Part shown: piece by piece, positions 35,690 through 45,140 of the stretch | Layout: every line of letters begins with the position of its first letter | Position numbering within the stretch: the first letter of the stretch is position 1 | Virus record (IMG/VR): IMGVR_UViG_3300031857_000002 | Location: 256,176 to 320,175 of that record | Length of the DNA: 64,000 bases | Reading direction: 5' to 3' (one strand) | The notes under the pieces: generated by a model | What the model saw: the letters and a program-made list of their open reading frames with translations, nothing else | Told to the model about the DNA's origin: nothing | The model's database searches: none | Program-made: the position numbers and the translations under genes

Positions 35690-36376
35690 TTATTTCCGGT
35701 CACCAAACAACTGCAACAAGTTCAAGAACAAGTTGATAAAGTCCATGTACAAGGTCAGTGCTCCGCGCACTTCTGCTGAATCGTTGGTCTCTATACTCAG
35801 TTCCTCACGGATTTTCTGAGTGTCATAAGCGGTTAAGCCAAGAAAGATGATAATAGCTAGGGCAGAGATCACCATCTGCATCACTGTTGATCCGATAAAG
35901 ATATTCACAATGCTAGCAATCACAATGGCAATCAAGCCCACAAACATAAACTTACCAACACTGTCTAGACTCTGTTTAGTAAAGTAGCCATAGCCGCTCA
36001 TTACGCCAAACAAGATGCCTGCACCCATGAAAGCACTCACAATCGATCCCATGGTAAACACAGCAAAGATCATGGCAAAGCTCAGACCCATCAATGCCGC
36101 AAAACCATGTAGGCATAACTGTGCCACACCCTTGCTGGGGTTATTGGCCAGCACATAGCCTACACCAAAGATGGCTGCCAGTGGTGAAAAGATCACAATC
36201 CATTTCAACCAACCTGTAAAAAAGAATGCCAGCAACTCTGGACTGGATCCCACAAAGTAACTCACAAACATCGATACAATCACAGCCAGACTCATGTGTC
36301 CATACACACGACCCATTGCTGAGTTAACTTCGCTTGCAGAACGATAAGCACCGCTATTATAAGTTGTTTCAAACAT
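35690..36376 (-). CDS. Bax inhibitor-1/YccA family membrane protein
   Basis: ~7 TM; MGRVY..M, FIGLIAIVIAS..N.F, LTAYDTQKI, AL.LYMDFINLFL.LL.L.G. Confidence 0.92.
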   Translation of the reverse strand: MFETTYNSGAYRSASEVNSAMGRVYGHMSLAVIVSMFVSYFVGSSPELLAFFFTGWLKWIVIFSPLAAIFGVGYVLANNPSKGVAQLCLHGFAALMGLSFAMIFAVFTMGSIVSAFMGAGILFGVMSGYGYFTKQSLDSVGKFMFVGLIAIVIASIVNIFIGSTVMQMVISALAIIIFLGLTAYDTQKIREELSIETNDSAEVRGALTLYMDFINLFLNLLQLFGDRK

Positions 36377-36377
36377 G

Positions 36378-36590
36378 TTAATCATCCCTTTCCATTTCTG
36401 TAGTTTCCTTGATCAAGGCCTGCAGTTGTTCCAGAGTAGGAACCATGAGTTTGACTGTTTTGTAATCACCCTCACTGTCGCGACCCGACACTTCAATCAT
36501 GTACGCATTGTCGTACATGTACACTGTGAACGATTCATTGGCCTTGGCCAACTTGTCGCTGATTTTATTTACTGTTTTAGTCTTTGCCAT
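36378..36590 (-). CDS. Hypothetical protein
   Basis: 70 aa, SD AGGA. Confidence 0.65.
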   Translation of the reverse strand: MAKTKTVNKISDKLAKANESFTVYMYDNAYMIEVSGRDSEGDYKTVKLMVPTLEQLQALIKETTEMERDD

Positions 36591-36807
36591 TTTGTTTTCC
36601 TATTGTTTCTGGTGCGTGATCTAACACATCGTTATATTCGTCACGATAAAAATATGCATCTTCATCGTTAATAGTAACTGTCAAGTCACTATGTCGTAAA
36701 TCATAATCAACAAAATTATGATTGTCATCGTACACACGAAATACAGTTTGTCCTGTAAATATCTGTATCAAGTGTCCAGTAACACCGTTGGCTGATTGTG
36801 TTTTCAA
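36577..36807 (-). CDS. Hypothetical protein
   Basis: TTG start overlapping ligase stop. Confidence 0.55.
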   Translation of the reverse strand: MKTQSANGVTGHLIQIFTGQTVFRVYDDNHNFVDYDLRHSDLTVTINDEDAYFYRDEYNDVLDHAPETIGKQNGKD

Positions 36808-38177
36808 AGTTTCTCTCCTGGTTCAAATCCGCGGAATCGCACAAAGCGAGGAAATCTCAAACTGTATGATCCGTCTTGGTTTTGAGTAACTGCGTCCGCT
36901 TCAACCTCAACCACCCGATCAAGAAGCTCATTGCGAGCGGCCCAATACTCATCGCGATTGCTATCAGACAAACCGCTACCAACATTAACACGAATAGTTC
37001 TGTCATTGTCTTCTCCTTCACAAATTATAGCACCCAGGCGGCCTAGATTGCGACCAGTACCTTCCTCAAATCCCACAATATTCAAATCAACTGTGATTGT
37101 GGGTTTCCATTTCATCCAGAAGTCCGAACGTTTGCACTCATAAGGTGCATCCATGCTCTTGATCATGATACCTTCGTAGCCTTCTTCTACCGAAGCTTCG
37201 GCAAATCGGCGCATGACGTCATGACCTTCAGCTGTGTCCAAGTCCACATCCATACCTGGCATCACACGCACACAACCATTTTCTGGCAGGTGTGCTTGTG
37301 TACGTTTCAACAAGTCAATGCGTTTGTGTTGCTGTAGATTACAGAAGCCTTCGCGGAACTCACTTAGTGGTAAAATGTCAAACACATGATAAACCATGTC
37401 TGCGGTTTTGGCATCTCGTTTGCGTTGTGCTTGCTTCATCAAGTCCTGGAAGTTCTTGCCCACAATCTCACCATCCAACACAAACTGTCCACCAAAGGCA
37501 GAATCACGCTGGAATGCTTTGCGATGTTCTTCGATAAAGTCTGCAATCTGTGGGAAGTTCTCAAACTCTTTGCCATTACGGCTGTACAATGTACAAGCAG
37601 ATCCATTTACAACTGCCAACACACGTACACCATCAAGTTTGACTTCCAGGCGTTTGATACCTTTGAGCTTTTTAGGTTGGTCTGTGGAGTCCTGTGCTAG
37701 TTGGCAACTGAACACAGGAATCTTCCATTCAGTTTTGCCCAGCACTTTGTTGAGTGTTTTTTCAGAGATACCGCATCTCAAGTCCTTGATTAACACACGA
37801 CGGGCTAGACCATTCCACTCTTCAGAGTCAAACATTTGACTGCAAGTTTCAATTGCTTCTCTTGCACGATTACCAGTGATACTACGAGTGCGTAGGCTTT
37901 CTAACAAGGCCCAAAATCCAGGCCAATGATTTGGTTGGCCAGTCAAACCTTCAGTCTCAGGCACTTGCCGGATGCCAAACACATAGAAAGGATTGTAGGC
38001 TTGATAGCAGTTGAACAAGAAAGCCTGTGCGTCAGCACTGCCTAGTTTGGATGCCATCAAAGCCTTTTCGATTGTTTTTTCTTTGTGTATGCGGCTGTCC
38101 GAACTTTCTAAGTCGCGGATCCAACCTGCTGCCATTACACCCGAGAACCTTGGGTCTGAGAAGTTTGTTTCATTCAT
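36804..38177 (-). CDS. ATP-dependent DNA ligase
   Basis: EVKLDGVR (KxDG), SRNGK, LDGEI, VFD, EGIMIK, WMKWKP, OB domain VGSG, SLRFPRF. Confidence 0.95.
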   Translation of the reverse strand: MNETNFSDPRFSGVMAAGWIRDLESSDSRIHKEKTIEKALMASKLGSADAQAFLFNCYQAYNPFYVFGIRQVPETEGLTGQPNHWPGFWALLESLRTRSITGNRAREAIETCSQMFDSEEWNGLARRVLIKDLRCGISEKTLNKVLGKTEWKIPVFSCQLAQDSTDQPKKLKGIKRLEVKLDGVRVLAVVNGSACTLYSRNGKEFENFPQIADFIEEHRKAFQRDSAFGGQFVLDGEIVGKNFQDLMKQAQRKRDAKTADMVYHVFDILPLSEFREGFCNLQQHKRIDLLKRTQAHLPENGCVRVMPGMDVDLDTAEGHDVMRRFAEASVEEGYEGIMIKSMDAPYECKRSDFWMKWKPTITVDLNIVGFEEGTGRNLGRLGAIICEGEDNDRTIRVNVGSGLSDSNRDEYWAARNELLDRVVEVEADAVTQNQDGSYSLRFPRFVRFRGFEPGEKL

Positions 38178-38189
38178 ATATTTAATCCG

Positions 38190-38597
38190 TTACCATGAAC
38201 TATTATAAAACACTTTGAGTCCCATGAACAACTCTGCACGAGCATTTTTAATGAACTCAAGATCGTCTTTACGGTAGTGCTCGTCTGCGTCGTTGCCAAA
38301 GAAGAATCCTGATGTACCGGGCAAGGTGCCTGCAATGACATCAAGTTCTAGTCGTTCAAGATCATCATATGTTAGCTCAAGCTCGTCACCATTGAAGTCG
38401 CCCGAGTTGCCTTGACTCTCCCACAACTGTTGCATCCAGCCATGCAGGTTAGGATGTTTACGCCAGTAAGCAATCTCACGTGGCTTGGTCACAGGCGAGA
38501 TAAGTTCTTTTGAATCGTTGTCCCAATTGGCGGTGTCGTAGTATTCTTTTTGTTGGCCTGCACGAGCGGCCACGTATGCATACATATCAAGACCCAT
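38190..38597 (-). CDS. Hypothetical phage protein (MGLDMY type)
   Basis: MGLDMY...EIAYWRKHPNLHGW...LP...GFFFG...Y.SSW. Confidence 0.75.
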   Translation of the reverse strand: MGLDMYAYVAARAGQQKEYYDTANWDNDSKELISPVTKPREIAYWRKHPNLHGWMQQLWESQGNSGDFNGDELELTYDDLERLELDVIAGTLPGTSGFFFGNDADEHYRKDDLEFIKNARAELFMGLKVFYNSSW

Positions 38598-38869
38598 TAC
38601 GCGGCCTCCAACATATTGGCCGGTACATTGAACAGGCCGCCTGGTGTGTTAACCAGCACAAATTTGATTTTGACTTTGCGCACGGTGCCAACGTATGTTA
38701 GGCCGTTGCGGTTGCTGGTGAACTTTACAGAGTCACCAATTGAAAAACTACGTTTCTTTTGTTGGGTGAGTTGCGCACGGGCAAACTTCACCGCATCAAT
38801 CACTGTGGACAGTTCGTCGTTGGTGAGATTACCAAACATGATAGCAGAGTTAATTTCTTTGACATTCAT
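38597..38869 (-). CDS. Small protein with SH3-like C-terminus
   Basis: FSIGDSVKF...GTVRKV..K...V pattern; follows promoter cassette. Confidence 0.6.
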   Translation of the reverse strand: MNVKEINSAIMFGNLTNDELSTVIDAVKFARAQLTQQKKRSFSIGDSVKFTSNRNGLTYVGTVRKVKIKFVLVNTPGGLFNVPANMLEAA

Positions 38870-38875
38870 TTCAGG

Positions 38876-38927
38876 CTCCTTTTAGTTACTATACAAGTAT
38901 TATAGCAAAATGGGATTTATTGGTCAA
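38876..38927 (-). repeat. Early promoter-RBS cassette, copy 4
   Basis: TTGACC-17-TATAATACTTGTATAGTAACTAAAAGGAG. Confidence 0.9.
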
Positions 38928-38933
38928 TCAAAC

Positions 38934-39320
38934 TTATACAGTTTGGTTTGCTACAAGTCGACGGATGCGTTGACCCATGTCCTCGGGCGTGTCGCCTTTG
39001 CCTGTGAGCATGTAGGCAGTGTACTCCACCATGTCGGCCTGTTTGAACTCCAAGGCAATACCCAAGTTCCGGAACACAAGGTTGACTTGTTTAAGAGTTT
39101 CTTCCACTGTTTTTTGTACAATGTCTAAGTGATCGGGGTCAACTTCGTCTTGCTCGTAGCCCATGTCACCTAACACGTCGTGAAAGGCTATTTGGTCATC
39201 CATAATGCAGAACTTGCCAAAAGCCTTGTTCAGGGTTTCGTCGCCAAAGTCCTCAATGTGCTCTCCAATGTCGTTGCTGTCAATCCAGGAAAGTTCTGTC
39301 TGTTTTGTGTATGTGTGCAT
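38934..39320 (-). CDS. Acidic hypothetical early protein
   Basis: 128 aa between cassette copies 5 and 4. Confidence 0.7.
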   Translation of the reverse strand: MHTYTKQTELSWIDSNDIGEHIEDFGDETLNKAFGKFCIMDDQIAFHDVLGDMGYEQDEVDPDHLDIVQKTVEETLKQVNLVFRNLGIALEFKQADMVEYTAYMLTGKGDTPEDMGQRIRRLVANQTV

Positions 39321-39326
39321 TGTTGG

Positions 39327-39380
39327 CTCCTTTTAGTTACTATACAAGTATTATAGCAAAATGGGATTTATTGGTCAACC
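39327..39380 (-). repeat. Early promoter-RBS cassette, copy 5
   Basis: Essentially identical to copy 4. Confidence 0.9.
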
Positions 39381-39650
39381 GAATTCGTACATGTATTGAG
39401 CCACTGTAGGATCCAGTTTCACAAGGTCTTTTGCGGCCGCTGTGAGTTCACGGTAGCGTCTGTTAACTTCTGCACGTGGCAGTTCGCCATCACATGAAAG
39501 ATTCTCAGGGCTCAGATCCGAATCAATCATTTCAGCCACACGTTTACGACCTGCGGCAGTTTGAATTTCATAAACGGGTTCTGTACGTTGGCCGCGGAAC
39601 AGGGCGGCATAACGGTTTTTGTTGTCAATAAAAGTGGTAAGTGCTCGCAT
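39375..39650 (-). CDS. Hypothetical early protein
   Basis: 91 aa (DLSPENLSCDGE) between cassette copies 6 and 5. Confidence 0.7.
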   Translation of the reverse strand: MRALTTFIDNKNRYAALFRGQRTEPVYEIQTAAGRKRVAEMIDSDLSPENLSCDGELPRAEVNRRYRELTAAAKDLVKLDPTVAQYMYEFG

Positions 39651-39656
39651 TGCTAA

Positions 39657-39711
39657 CTCCTTTTTAATTACTATACAAGTATTATAGCAAAATGGGATTT
39701 ATTGGTCAACC
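39657..39711 (-). repeat. Early promoter-RBS cassette, copy 6
   Basis: Near-identical to copy 2. Confidence 0.9.
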
Positions 39712-39755
39712 AAAAAAATGTGGCAAAAAAGCCACACTTTTAAGTGATTTTGTGC

Positions 39756-40910
39756 TTACATTGCACCGCCGCCACCACCACCACCACCTCCGCCTCCGTC
39801 GCCACCTCCGCCGTCGCCACCGCCCCCTGCACCATCACCGTTTGCGCCGCCGGCGTCAGTCCCGCCACCAAAGTCTGTGGCACCGTTTAATACTTGGAAT
39901 GATTTTGTAAATGGTGTGATACTGGCAAAGGTAACAGTAAATTCCCAATCGCCAGCTTGAAGGGCAGTTCCTGCCACTGTGTCTTGGCCATTGGCATCAG
40001 TTGTACTTGACCCTGAGGCCCAGGGTAATGTGTAGGTGTACGCAGTAGACGGAGGACCGTTCACTACCAGTTGTAAAGTCTGGCCTTGATACACAATATC
40101 AATGTTGCCTGTAACAATGCCGGTGTACCAACCTGTTTGTTCCACTGCGGCTGTGACTGCGACCACTGCTGGTATCACATTCACTGTGGTTGAGGCTGAA
40201 ACAAACTCTGGATTTACTGTTGTTTGACCAGCACTAAAAGTTAATGTAGCTGTGCCTGCGGCGCCCAAGTATGAACCTGGAATACGATACACACTACCAA
40301 GCCAGTTTGATGCACCATCACCAGCAGCCCATTCACTACCGGTTCCACCATACACAGTTCCACCAATAGTGCTGGTTAATGTAAACACTGTTGGGTCATA
40401 ACCTGCCAGTGACACACTGGGTCTTATTCGCAAATTAACATAAAAATCAGTATTGATCAACAACTCAGTTACAGGCGCTTGTGGGTCATATCCTAATGGT
40501 AATACGCTGTTTGATGCATATAGATTTAGAACCGCAATTTTAACTGCAGGAGCCTCTACAGTTGGCTGAACATACGGATCTTGAGCTTTTGCTCTTGCAG
40601 TGCCTTCAACTCCGCAGGAATAGTCAGTAGAATTTGCGTTACCTGGTACTTGAAGTTCTGGCGGTGGTGGCAATGTAATTTTGGGATATTGTTGATTGAC
40701 CAATAGTCTTGTGACTTCAACTGGCCGGGCTGCAAGAGTAGTACCAGTCACGGCTGTTAAAGCAGTGGATATTGCACCTAGTACCCTAGCCCCGCCAACT
40801 CCCGACGTTATGTCACCAACTTGTGCACCAATTCTAGCCACAGGAAATCCTGTAGTATTGTCAGACTCGGGCCATACACTGGGTACAATATTATCGTGCT
40901 TGATACTCAT
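39756..40910 (-). CDS. Putative virion structural protein (beta-rich, Gly-rich C-terminus)
   Basis: Thr/Val/Gly-rich beta composition; position in PAAR operon. Confidence 0.55.
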   Translation of the reverse strand: MSIKHDNIVPSVWPESDNTTGFPVARIGAQVGDITSGVGGARVLGAISTALTAVTGTTLAARPVEVTRLLVNQQYPKITLPPPPELQVPGNANSTDYSCGVEGTARAKAQDPYVQPTVEAPAVKIAVLNLYASNSVLPLGYDPQAPVTELLINTDFYVNLRIRPSVSLAGYDPTVFTLTSTIGGTVYGGTGSEWAAGDGASNWLGSVYRIPGSYLGAAGTATLTFSAGQTTVNPEFVSASTTVNVIPAVVAVTAAVEQTGWYTGIVTGNIDIVYQGQTLQLVVNGPPSTAYTYTLPWASGSSTTDANGQDTVAGTALQAGDWEFTVTFASITPFTKSFQVLNGATDFGGGTDAGGANGDGAGGGGDGGGGDGGGGGGGGGGGAM

Positions 40911-41590
40911 GCTTTGTCCATTATTGAGTTGTTACGACCTTCTCTTAACGCACCAAGCACAGCTTGACCTGATTGCGTGTCAGCATCTGCTACTGCAATC
41001 AAGAAAGAATTCTGTCCACCAATCTCACGATCTAGGCCTGCATATTGCAGTCCACTCATAAAGCTCATTGTGGCCTGTTGTCCACCTGGTACCAAGTTGG
41101 CAAAATCTAGGCCGGCACGAACTTGGTTGTCGTATTCATATTCATACTGAGCACAGATTGAATTAAAACTGTTGTTCAATGATGTGGTATGAGCAGGATA
41201 GGCCGCAATCAATGCAGAAATTGCTGTGTTGGCCGCTGGTATTAACCCTGTGGTAAATGCATCATCACCTGACGCATACACGCCGGCTGCAGGGCCGCTG
41301 GGGATTGTTATTGGTCCTGCATTAGGACCATATGTTCCAGACACTGTGGCCAGCATGTCTGCGTAGATGCCGGTCAAGGTTGCGACATTCATGTTGGCAA
41401 TAACAGCTGACGTATTTTCTAATGCATTCTGTGTTTTTGTACCAACAGCAGAGCCCAAAAAGTCCTGCATGGTAAATGTGCCAAACTCGCCTGTGCCATT
41501 GGCAAATGTGTTTTTGTAGTAACTGGTCACTGTGTCTGGCACAGGCTTGGTTACATTTTCAACTAGATCAAGACCTTTGAGTGTTTCCAT
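40907..41590 (-). CDS. Putative baseplate/tail-associated protein
   Basis: PAAR operon context; no motif. Confidence 0.5.
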   Translation of the reverse strand: METLKGLDLVENVTKPVPDTVTSYYKNTFANGTGEFGTFTMQDFLGSAVGTKTQNALENTSAVIANMNVATLTGIYADMLATVSGTYGPNAGPITIPSGPAAGVYASGDDAFTTGLIPAANTAISALIAAYPAHTTSLNNSFNSICAQYEYEYDNQVRAGLDFANLVPGGQQATMSFMSGLQYAGLDREIGGQNSFLIAVADADTQSGQAVLGALREGRNNSIMDKA

Positions 41591-41592
41591 GA

Positions 41593-42798
41593 TTATCCTA
41601 ACAATGCGGCTGCCAATTGCGGTGCAGTAACAGTAGAGATTCCAGTGACTTGTTGAAGACTGGACTGGAATGCTTTGTTTGCTACTGCTTGATCTGGCGG
41701 AATAATCTTTGCCAATTCGTCGCAGCCAGCAGGCAAGGTAATAGCTGTGCTGTCATTGAGTGCTGCCTGAATAGCAGGATTCACAGCGCCATCAGGTTCA
41801 AAAATCAATATGCTGGTACTACCCGGGGACGGTGGTGTGTTTGGATCAATCACTGTGCTAGGTGCTGTGGATATCACAGTCATGCTGGGCCAACTGGTTG
41901 GGAATATTTTTTTCAAGTCCAGCAAGTCACCTAGATTTGCAATATTTGGTATCACAGCATCTAGTATGTCCAGAGCATAGGTCAAACAGTCGCCATCAAT
42001 GGCCACCATGGCAGCATAGGCTCGTTTCTGCAGTGTGTTAAATTCATTTTCAGTAGGGGTACGTTCACTGGCTTCAGGGGTGGCCAACAGAATAATATCA
42101 CTTTGTGTTAGACCAAACTCTGCTAATTTAGTAGCAATACAACTCAGTGTACCTGATGTGATGCCTGCTTGTTCGCTGATTTGTTGTAGTACACTTGCTG
42201 GTGTGCCAAAGTCTGCTAACTTGCCTAGGTTCAGTAGGTTACCACTCTTGGCAATATCTGCACCAAAACATTTCAGTGCCAAGTTGGCCGCAGTAAGTTG
42301 TCCTGTAATTAGATCATTCATTGTGGTAAATGTAGGACCAAGATATGTTGTGGCATTGACTGCACTGCATATTAAATCGTTTGCACTTTGTCTATATCCT
42401 GCCGCAATTTGAAATATCTGACAAAACTTGTCTACACTGCCATCACCAAGATACATGGCAGCATTGTTGGCCACCAGATTGCCAAAGCCGCCCGGTTCGC
42501 TCACAGGTAACAGCACATTCATGCCAGCATATGATCCAGGCACACTGGATCCCAGGGCAGGACATGCGTTGCTGGCCAAGGTCTTTAGTGTGGTTACAAT
42601 GTTGGCGCTGATGCCAAAACCAGGTGCGGCAGCAATAGCACCGTTCAAATTAGAAACAAAAGTAATTGAATTATAAGAGCTTACTGCATTGGTCAATGTG
42701 GCAGGAACTGCAATGCCTTGATTGTTCAGCAGGCCAGCGCCCGCAATCAATTGCAAAGGAGTGTATGTTCCCGGCGTTGAAAATCCTGCGCCGGCCAT
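41593..42798 (-). CDS. Putative baseplate/tail-associated protein
   Basis: Directly downstream of PAAR; begins TPLQLIAGAGLLNN. Confidence 0.55.
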   Translation of the reverse strand: MAGAGFSTPGTYTPLQLIAGAGLLNNQGIAVPATLTNAVSSYNSITFVSNLNGAIAAAPGFGISANIVTTLKTLASNACPALGSSVPGSYAGMNVLLPVSEPGGFGNLVANNAAMYLGDGSVDKFCQIFQIAAGYRQSANDLICSAVNATTYLGPTFTTMNDLITGQLTAANLALKCFGADIAKSGNLLNLGKLADFGTPASVLQQISEQAGITSGTLSCIATKLAEFGLTQSDIILLATPEASERTPTENEFNTLQKRAYAAMVAIDGDCLTYALDILDAVIPNIANLGDLLDLKKIFPTSWPSMTVISTAPSTVIDPNTPPSPGSTSILIFEPDGAVNPAIQAALNDSTAITLPAGCDELAKIIPPDQAVANKAFQSSLQQVTGISTVTAPQLAAALLG

Positions 42799-43064
42799 TA
42801 TCCTGCCCTTACATTGCTACTGCCGCCGGTGCGGGTGTGACCACAGGTGTCAGCATCACCTGTGACACTGATGGGTTTGCCTGCTACTCGCACAGTGCTT
42901 ACTCCACCTGCAGTTTGTGGGCCTGCATGTGATTTTTTACCATGGAAACTAACAGCCAAACCAATCACAGCCGTGGGCTTGTTGTTGGTACGCACTGAGC
43001 CAATGCCCGATGTTACTACACCACCGCCTGAATCTGAATCACCTTGTCTCTGTACTGCTGGCAT
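42798..43064 (-). CDS. PAAR-like tail-spike tip protein
   Basis: MPAV.R.GD, V..N.KP.A..G, H....H, V.V.GKP....GD..TCGH....GS.NV.AG. Confidence 0.85.
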   Translation of the reverse strand: MPAVQRQGDSDSGGGVVTSGIGSVRTNNKPTAVIGLAVSFHGKKSHAGPQTAGGVSTVRVAGKPISVTGDADTCGHTRTGGSSNVRAG

Positions 43065-43065
43065 G

Positions 43066-43374
43066 TTATCCTAGTATGAGTTTTTTCTCTGGTACTTTGA
43101 TACCAGTTGTTGCTTCTAGATATTTCATCTTGACCGAGTCATCAGTCTTAGATACCAAAGAAACGCTGTTAGTATTTAACCGAATTTCTTCCTTGGGATC
43201 TGCAGTAAACAAGCTGGGCACAAGTCCCATGCCCTGTGGTCCTGGGGCAATACTCACTGGTTCTTCCAAGACGATCCAGTCCCCGCCAGATTGTTTGACT
43301 TTGGCTACCATTTCCTCGCCAGAATTCATTTTGAATGTGTATACTTGATTGTGTTCGAGTGCTAGTTGTGTCAT
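43066..43374 (-). CDS. Conserved hypothetical (Sm-like fold?)
   Basis: TFKMNSGEEMVAKV...TTGI..P. Confidence 0.55.
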   Translation of the reverse strand: MTQLALEHNQVYTFKMNSGEEMVAKVKQSGGDWIVLEEPVSIAPGPQGMGLVPSLFTADPKEEIRLNTNSVSLVSKTDDSVKMKYLEATTGIKVPEKKLILG

Positions 43375-43604
43375 TAGACGCTTTCTGTTAGTTTAGCTTT
43401 AAGTTCTGTAAATCCACCCACAAGTTCTCCGTCAAGGATAATCTGTGGTACTGTTCTGGCTGTAGGGATTGCTTCTAACAATTCTTCTTTGGTATACCCG
43501 TCTCCGATCTTGCGTTCTTCAAACGGGATACCTTTTTGTTTTAATAGTGCCTTTGCTTGATCGCAGTAAGGGCAGTGGTACTTGCTCCACAAGATTGCTG
43601 TCAT
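43374..43604 (-). CDS. Glutaredoxin
   Basis: CPYC, TVPQI, VGGF; downstream of nrdB. Confidence 0.95.
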   Translation of the reverse strand: MTAILWSKYHCPYCDQAKALLKQKGIPFEERKIGDGYTKEELLEAIPTARTVPQIILDGELVGGFTELKAKLTESV

Positions 43605-43605
43605 T

Positions 43606-44040
43606 TTATTTTCCTAATAGTTTCATCATTGTACGTACATGTACACGATCTTTTTCTTTTTCATCTTCGGGCAATTGATCATAGGGCACATGTTGTGCCG
43701 CATTATAGTCGGCCTTGGGATTGCGCTTCATCCATTCAATGTGAATGTACTCTGCGGCTTTTTCCATGTCAGTAGAAAATTTGGACACAGCGTCGGCGGC
43801 TGCTTTACCTGCGGCCAAGTTTTCCCTTTGCCAGTCCGGGTGAATCTTATCAAATGGTTGGTTGATATCGCCTTCAGATCCGTCGCTGTTCTTTTTGATC
43901 CTGGGCTTTGTTCCTGTAGGATCAAAATTACGACGCCATTCTTCGTGTGCTGAACTGGCAAATTGTGTGATAGGATCTTCGTTGATTTGCATCATCTCGT
44001 TAATTTTGTCTAAATGTTTTCTAATATCTTGTTGCATCAT
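43606..44040 (-). CDS. RyR-repeat-like domain protein with putative capsid-targeting leader
   Basis: A..AHEEW..., HVPYDQLPEDEKEKDR; leader DIRKHLDKINE..INE. Confidence 0.55.
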   Translation of the reverse strand: MMQQDIRKHLDKINEMMQINEDPITQFASSAHEEWRRNFDPTGTKPRIKKNSDGSEGDINQPFDKIHPDWQRENLAAGKAAADAVSKFSTDMEKAAEYIHIEWMKRNPKADYNAAQHVPYDQLPEDEKEKDRVHVRTMMKLLGK

Positions 44041-45137
44041 AATTCTGGTAACTCCTCATAGTCAATGCTGTCGCTCATTATGCCGATAACATAATTAGTC
44101 GATTCGTTCTCCTGCAGTGCAGTTTGTTTCTTGCTGGTGTCAACGTGTTTGTTGAACCAAGGAATAGGGGTACTGCGTGGTGCAGGTTCCAAGTACTTGA
44201 TACCAATTTCGTTGAGTGCGTTCTTGGCAGTGAAGTCCACAAAGTCTCTCAAGATGTTGGCATTGAGTCCAATCACAGGACCAAATTTAAACAAGTATTC
44301 TGCCCACTCTTTTTCTTCGCGGATCACATCCAGGTACAATTGGTACACTTCTGCTTCGCATTCTGCTTTGACGTCAGCAAAGCGAGTATCTTCTTTCACA
44401 ACCTGATTGATCAAAAATGCAGTCCACTCTTTGTGTAGCAGTTCATCTTGCAAGATTAGTTGAATGATGTTGCCGTTGCCAATGAAGATCTTGTTCTCAA
44501 CCATGGCCAATGAGGTTGCAAATGATACCATAAAGCGGAATGCTTCCAATGCGTAACTAGCATGTAGAGCCATGTAAATTGCTTTGACGTGGTCTTGTTC
44601 AGTGACTGCTTCACCTAGTTGTTTGCGGCAGTTGACCACATGTAGTTCTTCATAGTAGTTGCCCACACTTGATGCCATATCTACAATTTCTTTAGTGTCG
44701 TGGATGGTGTTGAACACATCCTTGGGTACATTGTAGATGTTGCGAATGATGTGACTGTAACTTCTTGAGTGAATGTTGGTTTCAAAGAATGTCCAGTTAT
44801 ACACTAAAGCTTCTAGTTCTGGTAGGCTTACTACAGGAGTAAAGATTTGACTTGGGCCACGACCTTGCAAACTATCTAGTGCTGTTTGGCGTAACAGGTT
44901 TGATGTAAAGATATGCTTGACAGTATCTGACGCATCTTTAAAGTCTTGTGAGTCTTTGGTCAATGAGATCTCTTCTGGCACCCAAAAGAATCCACGTGCC
45001 TCTTGCTCATACTTGGCAATCTTGTTGTACTTGACTTCTTCAAATCTTTGAATGGTCACAGGACCTGCTGGGTCCAGAAACATCTTGCGGTTCAAATAAT
45101 CTGTTTTTGTTTTTAAATTGTATTGTTGTTTACTCAT
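44037..45137 (-). CDS. nrdB: Ribonucleotide reductase class Ia beta subunit
   Basis: FFW.PEEI, LDSLQ, ETNIHSRSY, LEAFRF, DELLH. Confidence 0.97.
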   Translation of the reverse strand: MSKQQYNLKTKTDYLNRKMFLDPAGPVTIQRFEEVKYNKIAKYEQEARGFFWVPEEISLTKDSQDFKDASDTVKHIFTSNLLRQTALDSLQGRGPSQIFTPVVSLPELEALVYNWTFFETNIHSRSYSHIIRNIYNVPKDVFNTIHDTKEIVDMASSVGNYYEELHVVNCRKQLGEAVTEQDHVKAIYMALHASYALEAFRFMVSFATSLAMVENKIFIGNGNIIQLILQDELLHKEWTAFLINQVVKEDTRFADVKAECEAEVYQLYLDVIREEKEWAEYLFKFGPVIGLNANILRDFVDFTAKNALNEIGIKYLEPAPRSTPIPWFNKHVDTSKKQTALQENESTNYVIGIMSDSIDYEELPEL

Positions 45138-45140
45138 ATA

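Noticed and set aside
5453-39711. Direct repeats as a CRISPR array
   Set aside because: Repeats are ~55 bp promoters separated by whole genes (300-450 bp), not 25-45-nt spacers; no cas genes
39692-39910. His/Arg-rich ORF (HHHHH)
   Set aside because: Antisense shadow of the Gly-rich C-terminus of 39756-40910
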